From Candidatus Methylacidiphilales bacterium (GTDB taxonomy: Bacteria; Verrucomicrobiota; Verrucomicrobiia; Methylacidiphilales; Verrucolacustridaceae): a stretch of 64,000 bases of DNA. Location: positions 8,433 through 72,432 of the forward strand of contig JBIKNP010000009.1 of NCBI GenBank assembly GCA_044358595.1, written 5' to 3'. Below are positions 1 to 9,746 of this stretch, piece by piece; the first letter of the stretch is position 1; each line of letters begins with the position of its first letter. The notes under the pieces were generated by a model. The model did no database searches. It saw nothing but the letters and a program-made list of their open reading frames with translations, and was not told where the DNA came from. The translations under genes were made by a program, and so were the position numbers.

Positions 1-863
1 TGCGAGAGTGAAAATTTAGGATACCAACCCGTGGCATTGATTCGCTGAATCGATGCGGAAGAGAATCGAACGTCGGCGGGGCGGGCAGAGGTGTGAGTGA
101 TGGTGGAGGAGGAACGGGTTAGAGATAGGATGGCTTGGGCAAGTTGGAGAATGGATGTGGATTGGCCTGATGCGACGTTGAAGACTCCCTGAAGTTCGGG
201 ATGAAAGGCAACGTGGGTGAGGGCTGAGGTGACATCGTCGACAAAAACGAAGTCCCGAGTTTGCAGGCCATCTCCGTGAAGGGTGAGTGGAGTTCCTGCG
301 AGGGCGGCCTCAAAAAATCGGGGAACGGCTGCGGCGTAGGGGCCCCGTGGGTCTTGGTTTGGACCGTAGACATTAAAGAAACGGAGAGAAACTGCTGAGA
401 TCAGGGCGGTCGAGCAGAGCTTTTCGCCTGCAAGTTTTGACTCGGCATAGGGGCTAGCTGGGGCAGGAGGCAGGGTTTCAACTTTCGGCATGGTGGGTTC
501 GTTCCCGTAGATGGCGCAGGAACTGGCTAGGACGAGACGTTGGGCCCCTGCGTGTGCGGCGGCTTCAAGAACTTGGCGAGTGCCGTCGATATTAATCCGC
601 TGGCATTCCAATGGGTTTTGCACGGATTCAGGAACGCTAACCATAGCTGCGAGGTGGAATACATGGGTCACGCCGACAAGGGATTGGGCGAGAAGATGTG
701 GATCTAAGATCGAACCTTCGATCCAGTCGTATTTTAGATCGGCCAGGTTTTTGCGGTTTCCTGAGCTAAGATTATCCAGAACAGTGACTGGCCCGTGGTG
801 CAGGAGGCGGCGGACAAGATGGCTTCCGATAAAGCCCGCTCCTCCTGTGACAAGGAATTTCAT
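1..863 (-). CDS. NAD-dependent epimerase/dehydratase (UDP-glucose 4-epimerase-like SDR), 3' end runs off window
   Basis: Not in ORF track; hand translation from ATG at 863: MKFLVTGGAGFIGSHL (GGxGxxG), HLAAMVSV, SSCAIYG, YAESK (YxxxK), LRFFNVYGPRQ, GDGLQTRDFVFVDD; frame stays open to base 1. Confidence 0.92.
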   Translation of the reverse strand, partial: MKFLVTGGAGFIGSHLVRRLLHHGPVTVLDNLSSGNRKNLADLKYDWIEGSILDPHLLAQSLVGVTHVFHLAAMVSVPESVQNPLECQRINIDGTRQVLEAAAHAGAQRLVLASSCAIYGNEPTMPKVETLPPAPASPYAESKLAGEKLCSTALISAVSLRFFNVYGPNQDPRGPYAAAVPRFFEAALAGTPLTLHGDGLQTRDFVFVDDVTSALTHVAFHPELQGVFNVASGQSTSILQLAQAILSLTRSSSTITHTSARPADVRFSSASIQRINATGWYPKFSLS

Positions 864-950
864 GGAAACCAACTTTGCCCGATGGGGTGCTTTTGAAAAG
901 ACCAGTAAAATTGGTTTGAGCCACCCTATTTGTTCTGGGAGATTAGAGCC

Positions 951-1754
951 ATGAGGTTTGTCCTTTTTGTCCTTGGTTTCGTATTTTCTTTGGGTTTGAG
1001 CGCGTGCGGAAAGAAGGAAAGTCGATCCGAGGAGGTTTCTGCGCCTAAACCTAAGGTCGAGGAGGCGTTACCAACAGATGGGGAGGAGCGGTACCGCGCG
1101 ACCTATGTGAAGGCTGCCCAAGCTTTTTCACGAAATGATTTGGATGGGGCCTTGGCAGCTTTGGAGCTGTCGGACCAAGCTAAACCGAATCAAGCCAGCA
1201 ATGCCAACCTTCGTGGGGCTATTTTCACAAGAAAGCGGGATTGGGCAAAGGCGGAGGAGGCGTTTCGGCTCGCCCTTAAATTGCAACCGGATCTTCCTAT
1301 GGCTCAGTTTAATTTGGGAGAGGTTCTGTTTCTCAATAATAAATATCCAGAGGCGCGTGAGAAGTTTCAGATTTTTATCAATAGCCAACCCAGTAATGAC
1401 CTTGGTCTTTACAAAATTTACCTTTGCGATCTTTTGGGAGGAAATACATCGAAGGCGAATAGTTTTCTTGATTCATTAAAACCCAGTCCCAATAGCCCGA
1501 TTTACTATTTCTCTAAAGCGGCTGAAGCTTTTCACAGGAATGATAAGGTCGTAGCAACTGAGTTTGTCACCTCTGCCTATCGCATTTATCCGCCGGACGC
1601 GAATTCAACTTTTGCTGATTCACTCGTAGAAAAAGGATACTTAACGGGGGAGCAGGTGACCGCTCCTCAGGCGGAGGACACGAAACCCAAGACGGACGAG
1701 TTGAAAACGCTTCTTCCTCCTGTTGAAAAGTCAGAGAAGAAACCCAAGTCCTAA
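951..1754 (+). CDS. TPR-repeat lipoprotein
   Basis: Hydrophobic leader with lipobox LSAC; TPR-like helices (ANLRGAIF..AEEAFRLALKLQPD..AQFNLGEVLF); start moved to ATG 951. Confidence 0.75.
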   Translation: MRFVLFVLGFVFSLGLSACGKKESRSEEVSAPKPKVEEALPTDGEERYRATYVKAAQAFSRNDLDGALAALELSDQAKPNQASNANLRGAIFTRKRDWAKAEEAFRLALKLQPDLPMAQFNLGEVLFLNNKYPEAREKFQIFINSQPSNDLGLYKIYLCDLLGGNTSKANSFLDSLKPSPNSPIYYFSKAAEAFHRNDKVVATEFVTSAYRIYPPDANSTFADSLVEKGYLTGEQVTAPQAEDTKPKTDELKTLLPPVEKSEKKPKS

Positions 1755-2770
1755 TTCTCGCCTGTTTCGATTCTCTTCATGATTTGAAGTTTGCCCCAAA
1801 GGGCGTGCTCGCGAACTAATGGATCTAAGTCCTGTGAGGCTTTTTCTAGGGCGGGAAGGTCCTCTGTCGTTCCAATGTTTCCAAGCACGACACAGATGTT
1901 TCTTAACCATCTACCTCGTTTGAGTCGAAAAATAGGTGTACCACGAAATTCTTTTCGAAAGCGGGTCTCATCCCAATCGAGCATTTCTGGGAGGTCAGAT
2001 CGGGGAATGGGAGAAAGGCGAAGTTCGCGTGATTGCTGGGCGTGACGGTTCCAAGGGCAGACATCCAGGCACTCGTCACACCCAAAAAGTCGATCTCCAA
2101 CTAGAGTTCTGAACTCCTCAGGAATCGAGCCAGGGTGTTCTATGGTCAGGTAAGCCAGACAGCGCCGGGCATCCAGCACATAGGGCTGAGGAAAGGCTTG
2201 GGTGGGACAGGCATCGAGGCAACGCGTGCAAGTCCCGCAGTGGTCACTTGAGGGTGAGTCAGGGGTAAAATTGAGGTTGGTGAGGATGCAGCCAAGCATT
2301 AACCAAGGGCCGTGTTGCGAGTGAATGAGCAGGGTGTTTTTTCCCTGCCAACCGAGCCCTGCCATAGCTGCGAGGGGTTTTTCCATGAGTGGAGAGGAGT
2401 CGACACAAATCCGGTAATGTGCGCCCCATACGGCTAAGGTGTTCTGCGCTAATCTCTCTAGCTTATCGCGAAGGATATCATGGTAATCGAGGCCTTGGGC
2501 GTAGGCGGCGATTCTGCCGCGCCGAGAAGGGGTAGAGGTTTGGTGGCTCGTGACACCAGCGACGATGATTGTTTTCGCGAGTGAATCGTATTGGCGGGGA
2601 TCACTTCGAATTTCGGGTCGCCGCGCCATCCAACCCATTTCGCCTTGATAGGAAAGCTTGAGCCAATCCTTGAGGTGGTCGGCGCCTTGCGGAGCTTGGG
2701 CCTCTACAATGCCGATCGCATCGAAACCAAGAGTTCGGGCTGCTTCTTTAAGTTCTTTAGATCTGTCCAT
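1751..2770 (-). CDS. queG: tRNA epoxyqueuosine(34) reductase
   Basis: IAAYAQGLDYH, CVDSSPLMEKPLA, AGLGWQGKNTLLI, two Fe-S motifs CGTCTRCLDACPT and FGCDECLDVCPWN. Confidence 0.95.
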   Translation of the reverse strand: MDRSKELKEAARTLGFDAIGIVEAQAPQGADHLKDWLKLSYQGEMGWMARRPEIRSDPRQYDSLAKTIIVAGVTSHQTSTPSRRGRIAAYAQGLDYHDILRDKLERLAQNTLAVWGAHYRICVDSSPLMEKPLAAMAGLGWQGKNTLLIHSQHGPWLMLGCILTNLNFTPDSPSSDHCGTCTRCLDACPTQAFPQPYVLDARRCLAYLTIEHPGSIPEEFRTLVGDRLFGCDECLDVCPWNRHAQQSRELRLSPIPRSDLPEMLDWDETRFRKEFRGTPIFRLKRGRWLRNICVVLGNIGTTEDLPALEKASQDLDPLVREHALWGKLQIMKRIETGEN

Positions 2771-2773
2771 GAA

Positions 2774-3289
2774 TTAGGACGAGGCAAGTGACAGGAGGAT
2801 TCTCTGGCAAATCTGCTCAGGTGTGTCCGATTCGATGGGGATTGCAACTTCACTTTCCTCGTACCATTTCTTTCTCTCTGAAAGCTGGCGCAGAAGATTA
2901 GGTTCCAGTTGATCTGCAGGCAGGAGGGGGCGGTCGGTGCATTTGGATAATCGCTGCACCAAAGTAGAGAGTTCTGCCTTCAGATAAATACGAAACCCTG
3001 TTTTGGATAAGATCTGGCGATTTTCGGGGGAAAGAATAACGCCTGCACCGCAGGAGATGACGGTGGGAGGCTTCTGGGCAAGCTGAGCCACAATTTGAGA
3101 TTCCAACTTTCGAAACTCTGTCTCTCCGCCCTCGGCGAAGATCTGAGAGATGGGGCGTTGGGCAGATTGGGTGATCTGCGCATCTGTGTCGACAAATGGA
3201 ATACCCAGCTTTTGGGCTACAAGTGGTCCGACGGTGCTTTTTCCCGAACCGCTCAAGCCGAGGAGCCATATATGGGAAGTCCTTTTCAC
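2774..3289 (-). CDS. aroK: shikimate kinase
   Basis: P-loop GLSGSGKSTVG, FVDTD, GETEFRKLE, CGAG, RPLL; start probably GTG 3289 (track extends the ORF to 3418, into aroC). Confidence 0.92.
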   Translation of the reverse strand: MKRTSHIWLLGLSGSGKSTVGPLVAQKLGIPFVDTDAQITQSAQRPISQIFAEGGETEFRKLESQIVAQLAQKPPTVISCGAGVILSPENRQILSKTGFRIYLKAELSTLVQRLSKCTDRPLLPADQLEPNLLRQLSERKKWYEESEVAIPIESDTPEQICQRILLSLASS

Positions 3290-3380
3290 AGGTCTAGGGT
3301 GGCAGGGAACAGGCTTTTGGGCGAGTGCGGGGTCAATTCCAAGGCTTGGGGAAAAGGCTTTTTTCGTGCATGATGGGTGA

Positions 3381-4475
3381 ATGGCAAACACGTTCGGCCA
3401 TTTATATCGAGTGACCACTTGGGGTGAGTCCCATGGGGGTGGGGTAGGTGCGGTGGTGGACGGTTGTCCGCCTCAGATCGCCCTATCGGAAAAAGATATC
3501 CAACCTGATTTGGATCGTAGGCGCCCTGGTCAAAGTAAGATCGTAACTCCACGGAAAGAGTCGGATCGGTGTGAGATTCTTTCCGGAGTCTTTGATGGGA
3601 AAACATTAGGGACACCGATTTCGGTTTGGGTTCGAAATGAGGATGCGCGCCCCGAGGCGTACAAAGAGATGGAAACGATGTTTCGGCCGAGTCATGCGGA
3701 CTATACCTACCAAGCCAAGTATGGGACACGAAATTGGCAAGGTGGGGGTCGGACATCGGCACGGGAGACGATTGGAAGAGTGATTGGGGGATCGATTGCG
3801 AAGAAGATGTTTGGCCAGTTGGCTCCTCGTCTTTCGGTTACTACCTTCGTTCGTCAAGTGGGCTCGGTCGTGGCACGGATTGACGCTGGTAGAGTGGACC
3901 AGAAAGAGGTCGAATCGAACCCTGTCCGTTGGCCAGATCGCAAGGAGGCAGACCAGATAGTGAAGTTAATTGAGCGGGTGCGTGCGGAGGGGGACTCGTT
4001 GGGTGGTGTGGTGGAGTGTGTGGTGCGGGGATGTCCCGTGGGCTTGGGGGAGCCGGTTTTTGATCGTCTGGAGGCGGATTTAGCCAAAGGAATGATGAGC
4101 CTGCCTGCGAGTAAGGGGTTTGAGATTGGCTCAGGTTTTCATGGGGTCACGATGCGGGGTTCGGAGCATAACGATGAATTTTTCCTTGAGGGAAGTAGGG
4201 TGCGAACTCGAACAAACCGAAGTGGCGGAGTGCAGGGTGGAATTAGCAACGGGGAGGAGATAGTTTTTCGAGTTGCGTTTAAACCTGTTGCTACGATTTC
4301 TCAGGCTCAAAAGACCGTGAACACAAAAGGAAAGGCGGTGGAGTTGAAGGCAAGGGGACGACACGATCCGTGCGTTTTGCCTCGGGCAGTTCCCATGGTG
4401 GAAGCGATGGCTTTACTGGTGTTGGCGGATCACTATTTGCGGGATCGCGCGCAGATGGGCCTATCCCGAAAGTAG
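3381..4475 (+). CDS. aroC: chorismate synthase
   Basis: [66 protein letters not shown]. Confidence 0.98.
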   Translation: MANTFGHLYRVTTWGESHGGGVGAVVDGCPPQIALSEKDIQPDLDRRRPGQSKIVTPRKESDRCEILSGVFDGKTLGTPISVWVRNEDARPEAYKEMETMFRPSHADYTYQAKYGTRNWQGGGRTSARETIGRVIGGSIAKKMFGQLAPRLSVTTFVRQVGSVVARIDAGRVDQKEVESNPVRWPDRKEADQIVKLIERVRAEGDSLGGVVECVVRGCPVGLGEPVFDRLEADLAKGMMSLPASKGFEIGSGFHGVTMRGSEHNDEFFLEGSRVRTRTNRSGGVQGGISNGEEIVFRVAFKPVATISQAQKTVNTKGKAVELKARGRHDPCVLPRAVPMVEAMALLVLADHYLRDRAQMGLSRK

Positions 4476-4482
4476 GGCAGAA

Positions 4483-5799
4483 TTAAAAGGAGAAGTTTCC
4501 GCCCAACTCAATGGAGTTGGTGACGGGAGACCCGAAAGTGACCTGCTGATTATCGCCCATATCAACGGTGGGTTGGCTGGTGCCATAAAACTTATAAGCG
4601 AGGGTGAGACCTAGCTGTTCCCAGATTCGCCATCTCACACCAGCCGCGATTTGATAAGCGTTGTTCATGTCGTTTCCAGCACCTGATAAAGTTGAGCCTT
4701 GGCCAGCGGGGGGATAAGAAATACTTCCAATGTTGAAATAGTTCCAGCCACCCCCGAAGCCAAAGTTAAGGTAGGGGATAAACCCCGTATCGTTTGGATA
4801 CTGGAAACAGAGCTGAGCCATAATGGGAACGCTCCAGTAGGTGCTACTGGACACGGTCATGCCCTCGGTATTTCCCCGTATGGCATTTAGTGCAAAGCCA
4901 GTTTCGACCGCGAGTCCGAACCAAGGAGTCAGCCAGACGCCGATATCAATGTCTTGGCGATAGCCTGTGCTGAATGCGATTTCTTTTTGGATCATTGGAT
5001 TTGTTGCTCCCACTGGTCCAACGATATTGACAATGTTCATCGAGCTTACGAATCGGGCACCACCCTCAGTTCGGACGTAGAAGTAGTCCTCTTCCATTTG
5101 GGGTTCGGTAAGCGGAGATTGAAGAAGTTTTCCGGGCCAGCCGATTTCTGTCGGGGGAGAGGACAGGGCATTTCCTTGTCCCGCCATTGGATCGGCGGGT
5201 GTGCTAGTCGGGGTTGGTTGGGTCAAATTTATGTTGTTTTCAATAGGCTCTAGGTTCTTACCAGTTGCCGGTTCGGAAGTCTGAGGATTTTGGGCGGGGA
5301 TTGGAGGAGGGGTAGGCTCTACGACTTGAGCAGGGATTGGAATCGGGGTTGGAGAAAGTTGGGTAGGGGGTTGTGGGCGGGAGGAGATGTTCTGAAACTG
5401 AACCGTGCCTGCAGGAGCGCCGTCCATTTTCTCGATCTTGTGAAACTCGTTTAGGGCAATTCTTAAACCAGATTTAGGTGGGATTGTTACTTGGGAATCA
5501 CCCAAAAGAAAAACAACCGGAGTTGTGGCGGAGGCAGGGAGACTTACGAGAACAGTCTGTTTTCCGGCTGAATTAAATCCGTAGCTGACGTTACAACTTT
5601 GGCCGTCCAGTTGAATTGCCTGTCGGGGCGTACCCTGTTTTACAAACTCGGCTACGCCTCCCTTCGCATCGAAAACAACGAGAGAACCATCTTCTTGAAG
5701 GGAGAGATTTGTTGGGGCATTTCCCGCACAACGACCATGTGACGAGAGAGTGGTCAGTAGAGCCAATATACAATATGTGGTGCCCTTCCAATTCCGCAT
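4483..5799 (-). CDS. secreted protein: unknown N-terminal beta-rich domain, Pro/Thr/Gln linker, C-terminal outer-membrane beta-barrel
   Basis: Signal-like leader; Pro-rich linker; alternating aromatic strands (IPYLNFGFGGGW, AYQIAAGVRWR, LAYKFYG); terminal Phe (GGNFSF). Confidence 0.7.
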   Translation of the reverse strand: MRNWKGTTYCILALLTTLSSHGRCAGNAPTNLSLQEDGSLVVFDAKGGVAEFVKQGTPRQAIQLDGQSCNVSYGFNSAGKQTVLVSLPASATTPVVFLLGDSQVTIPPKSGLRIALNEFHKIEKMDGAPAGTVQFQNISSRPQPPTQLSPTPIPIPAQVVEPTPPPIPAQNPQTSEPATGKNLEPIENNINLTQPTPTSTPADPMAGQGNALSSPPTEIGWPGKLLQSPLTEPQMEEDYFYVRTEGGARFVSSMNIVNIVGPVGATNPMIQKEIAFSTGYRQDIDIGVWLTPWFGLAVETGFALNAIRGNTEGMTVSSSTYWSVPIMAQLCFQYPNDTGFIPYLNFGFGGGWNYFNIGSISYPPAGQGSTLSGAGNDMNNAYQIAAGVRWRIWEQLGLTLAYKFYGTSQPTVDMGDNQQVTFGSPVTNSIELGGNFSF

Positions 5800-5915
5800 C
5801 CCTATATAAAGGGGTAAGGTTTGCCAAAAGTCTACTCAAGGAGCTGGCAGATGGTAGTAATTAGTGCTTATATTTATATTTTATAAAACGTTGATATTTA
5901 ATTATCTATGGGTTT

Positions 5916-6716
5916 TTAAGAAAAGTTATTCGGAAGATATTTTGCCACTACTTTGGCGCCTCCTAAGAGCCACAAGAGGGCTGCGAGGGCCAGATAGGGG
6001 CCAAAAGGAACTTTGACGCCAAGTTTCTGTTTTCTCTGTTTTAAAATTCCAATGCCGATGATAGTTCCGATGAGAGAGGAAACGGCTAAAATAAATGGTA
6101 AACTCTGCCATCCTAAAAAAGCACCTAAGGCTGCGAGAAGTTTTGCATCGCCGATTCCCATGGCCTCCTTCTGAAGAAGCCAAGAGGCAGTTTTGGCAAC
6201 GAGCCAGAGTGACCCTCCAGCGACACTTGCAGAGAGGGCGGATCGAATCATTGCATCCACGGCATCCTCTTTCCCTTGAAGAGAGGGAAAGAGATAGCTT
6301 AGTGAAATTCCAGCAACCACGCCTCCCACTGTTAAGGCATCGGGAATGACAAGGTAGTCGAGATCGATACCCGAGGCCACAATCAGGCCAGCAATAAGAA
6401 GGCCGTAAACTGCGAAAAGTTGTGGTGGGTACTGGCTCCAAAGAGCGGTAAAGACGCAAGCCGTGCCTGCTTCAACGAGGGGGTAGCGAGGATCCAGATG
6501 AGCTCCACAGCACCGAGCTCTTCCCCGAAGCAGGAAATAGCCGAAAATCGGTATATTGAGCCACCCTGGAAGTTGTAAACCACATGCTGCACAACGTGAG
6601 GGCGGACGAACGATGGATTGGCCCAAAGGGATGCGAAGAATGCAGACATTCAGAAAGGAGCCTAATAGTGCGCCTAACACAAAAACAAAAACTGCAACAA
6701 GGAAAGGCGGAATCAT
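5916..6716 (-). CDS. pilD: prepilin peptidase (A24)
   Basis: GSFLNVCILRIP, PPSRCAACG, RYPLVE, IDLDYLVIPD, AMGIGDAKL, VPFGPYL. Confidence 0.95.
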   Translation of the reverse strand: MIPPFLVAVFVFVLGALLGSFLNVCILRIPLGQSIVRPPSRCAACGLQLPGWLNIPIFGYFLLRGRARCCGAHLDPRYPLVEAGTACVFTALWSQYPPQLFAVYGLLIAGLIVASGIDLDYLVIPDALTVGGVVAGISLSYLFPSLQGKEDAVDAMIRSALSASVAGGSLWLVAKTASWLLQKEAMGIGDAKLLAALGAFLGWQSLPFILAVSSLIGTIIGIGILKQRKQKLGVKVPFGPYLALAALLWLLGGAKVVAKYLPNNFS

Positions 6717-7615
6717 AGATTTCGGCCGGCAAGTTGTTCCAGCGCTGCACGCATAGGTTGAAGCGGTGCAGGTTTTTTAGACCATAACTCAAAAGAGAGT
6801 GCCCCTTGATGGAGAAGCATCCCCAAACCGTCGATGGCTAAGCACCCTCGCTTACGCCCCGCTTGCACGAGGGGTGTTAAAACTTTTCGATAAAGAGTGT
6901 CGTAGATTCGCATAGGTGGATTGAGATGCTCTTCTGGTATGGGAGAAGGATCCGTTTCTTTAAGCCCGAGACTAGTGCCGTGGAGAAGGAGGTCGGTTTC
7001 TTTTAAAGCCTCACGAAGTGCAGAAAGATCCCAGTCCATTTGGCGGATGGAAAACCGTCCAGCAACAAGAGGGGTAAGCTCTCGCAAAAGTCTTTGGGCT
7101 CTCAGAGGATCTCGATTCACTAGGGTAAGAGAGTCGCACCCTGTGCGCGCAAGGAAGCGGGCGATGGATTGTCCCACGCCGCCACATCCTAATAGAAGGA
7201 CTCGGCCAGGAGGAAGGGAGTTTGGCCAGGTTTCAGTTATCGCTCGAGCCCAACCTGGCGCGTCGGTGCTTGATCCATGAATTTTTCCGTTGAGGATCTG
7301 GACGGTGTTCACGGATTCCGCCTCCAGTGCAGATGAGTCTTTGATTTGCGATAGTCGAAACATTTCCCCCTTATGGGGCAGAGTGCAGTTCCACCCTGCA
7401 AGGCCCGCTTGGATAAGTTGAGGAACGGCCCTCTCCAGATCTCCTGATGGAATTTCTATGCGGAAGTATTCGGCGGGGATACCTAGAGCCTGCCAACCTG
7501 CTAGTTGCATGGGAGGGGATAAGGAGTGGGATATTGGAGAACCGATTACCCCGTAACGCAACACCCCCTTCTTGAGCGGGGGAAGGGTTGTGGGGGTAAA
7601 AACCTCGGCTTGCAC
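6713..7615 (-). CDS. aroE: shikimate dehydrogenase
   Basis: GSPISHSLSP, WNCTLPHK, SVNTV, STD, GCGGVG, VNRD, GLGMLLHQGALSFELW; start probably GTG 7615. Confidence 0.93.
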   Translation of the reverse strand: MQAEVFTPTTLPPLKKGVLRYGVIGSPISHSLSPPMQLAGWQALGIPAEYFRIEIPSGDLERAVPQLIQAGLAGWNCTLPHKGEMFRLSQIKDSSALEAESVNTVQILNGKIHGSSTDAPGWARAITETWPNSLPPGRVLLLGCGGVGQSIARFLARTGCDSLTLVNRDPLRAQRLLRELTPLVAGRFSIRQMDWDLSALREALKETDLLLHGTSLGLKETDPSPIPEEHLNPPMRIYDTLYRKVLTPLVQAGRKRGCLAIDGLGMLLHQGALSFELWSKKPAPLQPMRAALEQLAGRNL

Positions 7616-7707
7616 ATCCCTATTGAGCCATCGGAAAGGACATCCGCCCAACAAAAACGCACTCCGCCCAAGTTGCTCCTTGAGAAAGTTTCGCATAGGA
7701 TTTCCTC

Positions 7708-8601
7708 TTGAACGCACATCACCCATTAACAGATCAGATGGTTCGCTCTTACGCCGAATTAGCTGCGATTAACCATTTAGGGGGAACTCAACTCCCTTCA
7801 AAGGCGGCTGTTGCGGCAATTACGGAGGATTTGCTCCACCTGCTTTTTCCTGGGTTTTATGATGGGGATAATCTGGAGGGGAAGGAACTTGGGCCCGCCA
7901 TTACGTCTCTTCTTCGATCTGTTGAAAAGGCCCTAACAAAAGAAATTGGTAAAAGTATGCCTGCCACTGGGGTCGCCGGGGAAACAGCAGCAGGTAAAGT
8001 GGAGGCGTTTCTCAAGCGACTTCCTGCAGTTCGAAAAATCTTAAAGACGGATGTAGAGGCCGTTATGGCAGGCGATCCTGCGGCACGAAATGTTGAGGAA
8101 ATTCTTTTGGCTTATCCCGGCATTGAAGCCATCGCTGTTCAGAGAATGGCTCATGAACTTCATCTTCTTGGAGTCCCTCTTTTTCCTAGAATGATGACCG
8201 AATGGGCTCACAGTCGCACAGGAATCGATATTCACCCTGGGGCAGTGATTGGCCACTCATTTTTCATCGATCATGGAACGGGAGTTGTGATTGGAGAGAC
8301 AACAGAGATCGGGCAAGAGGTTCGAATTTATCACGGGGTGACCCTAGGTGCGCGGTCGGTTACAGGGGCCCAGACCTTGCGAGGTCGTAAGCGACATCCG
8401 ACGATTGAGGATCGCGTGACTATTTATCCAGGGGCCACAATTCTTGGGGGTGAGACGGTCGTGGGCGAGGGAAGCACGATTGGAGGGGGGGTTTTTCTTG
8501 CGAAGAGTGTTCCTCCTCATCACCTCGTATTTGCTGAGCACGCGACATTAAAAATTATTCCCAAGTCGGAGAGGCCACAGGGCAGCGAATACACGATATG
8601 A
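7708..8601 (+). CDS. cysE: serine O-acetyltransferase (EpsC/CysE)
   Basis: GDPAA, AYPG, TGIDIHPGAVIG, FIDHGTGVVIGET, IYHGVTLG, KRHPTIED hexapeptide repeats. Confidence 0.93.
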   Translation: MNAHHPLTDQMVRSYAELAAINHLGGTQLPSKAAVAAITEDLLHLLFPGFYDGDNLEGKELGPAITSLLRSVEKALTKEIGKSMPATGVAGETAAGKVEAFLKRLPAVRKILKTDVEAVMAGDPAARNVEEILLAYPGIEAIAVQRMAHELHLLGVPLFPRMMTEWAHSRTGIDIHPGAVIGHSFFIDHGTGVVIGETTEIGQEVRIYHGVTLGARSVTGAQTLRGRKRHPTIEDRVTIYPGATILGGETVVGEGSTIGGGVFLAKSVPPHHLVFAEHATLKIIPKSERPQGSEYTI

Positions 8602-8638
8602 ATAACTTCATCTTTTCCGGTTGGCCTGCCACCCTTAA

Positions 8639-9742
8639 TTGTACGTATTGTACGTTGTGAACTCGTCCCCCCAAACTGTGGAACGGGAGCGGCTCCCCCT
8701 GCTTCTTGAGCAGGAGATGCAGGGGTTTTTCCATCGGCAGAAGGAGCGATATGACTTCGGGGATCTTTTTGAACCGATCTTTTTCGATATGTGCGAATTT
8801 GTTGGCAGAAAAGGAAAGCGAATCCGACCGCTTCTTTTTCTTCTCACTTATCGGGCCTTGGGAGGCGCCAAGGGCTGGGCGGATAAATCTTTAGTTCAGG
8901 CCGCACTCTCTCTTGAGCTTTTGCATGCATTCGTTCTTGTTCACGATGATTTGATTGATCACTCTGAAAAAAGGCGGGGTTTGCCTACGTTTCATAAACT
9001 GGTGGAGCAGCGGCAGGGTAGGATGAGCCATGCGGAGCGGACGGGGCAAGGCGTGGCCTTGGTGGTGGGAGATCTGCTGTTTGCACTTTCGGTTGAGACG
9101 CTCTTGCAGAGTTCTTTTGATGTGGGGCCTCGGCAACAGGCTTTGGGTAAACTTCTCTCGTATGTGACGGATACGGGGGTGGGTGAGATCTTTGATATTC
9201 TTTTAGGTTCTCGTGATATCGGGCGAGTGACTCGTGAGGAGATCGAGTTGACCTACCTCTTGAAAACCACAAGGTATACCTTTGAAGCACCTGGTGTGAT
9301 TGGGGCATTACTTGCAGGGGCCAGCCCCGAGAAAGCGGAGGATCTAGCCAAAGTGATGGAACCTCTCGGGTTGGCGTTTCAGATCCAAAATGACCTACTT
9401 GAAGTTTCCCATCTTGACGGGAAAGACCAACTCCTGCCCACGGATCTGATGGAAGGGAAAAAGACTCTTCTGATTCACGAGGCTTATCAGAGGTTGGGTG
9501 AGGTGGATCGATCTTTCTTGCAGATGTGTTTTCACTCCGCTGCACGAAGCGAGGCATCTATTTCGAAGGTACAGGATCTGTTGAGAAAGTCTGGGGCAAT
9601 CCAGGTCATGCAGGAGCGTTGCCGCGTTTTATTTGAGCAGTCGAACCGACTTCTGCTTGAGTCTCACTTGTCGCAGGAAGAGCAGGCCTCGATTTCCGAG
9701 GCGATTGCTTGGGTAAGGCAGACGGTTCGTTTGGGGAGTTAG
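8639..9742 (+). CDS. polyprenyl diphosphate synthase (GGPP synthase-like) with degenerate second Asp-rich motif
   Basis: GKRIRP, LELLHAFVLVHDDLIDHSEKRRG, GDLL, KTTRYT, LAFQIQNDLLE, DLMEGKKT. Confidence 0.85.
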   Translation: MYVLYVVNSSPQTVERERLPLLLEQEMQGFFHRQKERYDFGDLFEPIFFDMCEFVGRKGKRIRPLLFLLTYRALGGAKGWADKSLVQAALSLELLHAFVLVHDDLIDHSEKRRGLPTFHKLVEQRQGRMSHAERTGQGVALVVGDLLFALSVETLLQSSFDVGPRQQALGKLLSYVTDTGVGEIFDILLGSRDIGRVTREEIELTYLLKTTRYTFEAPGVIGALLAGASPEKAEDLAKVMEPLGLAFQIQNDLLEVSHLDGKDQLLPTDLMEGKKTLLIHEAYQRLGEVDRSFLQMCFHSAARSEASISKVQDLLRKSGAIQVMQERCRVLFEQSNRLLLESHLSQEEQASISEAIAWVRQTVRLGS

Positions 9743-9746
9743 TCGG

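Noticed and set aside
119-954. Track ORFs 119-373 and 511-954
   Set aside because: Alternative-frame or antisense shadows of the epimerase at 1-863
9389-9415. NDLLE as a terpene-cyclase NSE/DTE motif
   Set aside because: The required S/T at +4 and E at +8 are absent, and the rest of the protein is a prenyltransferase
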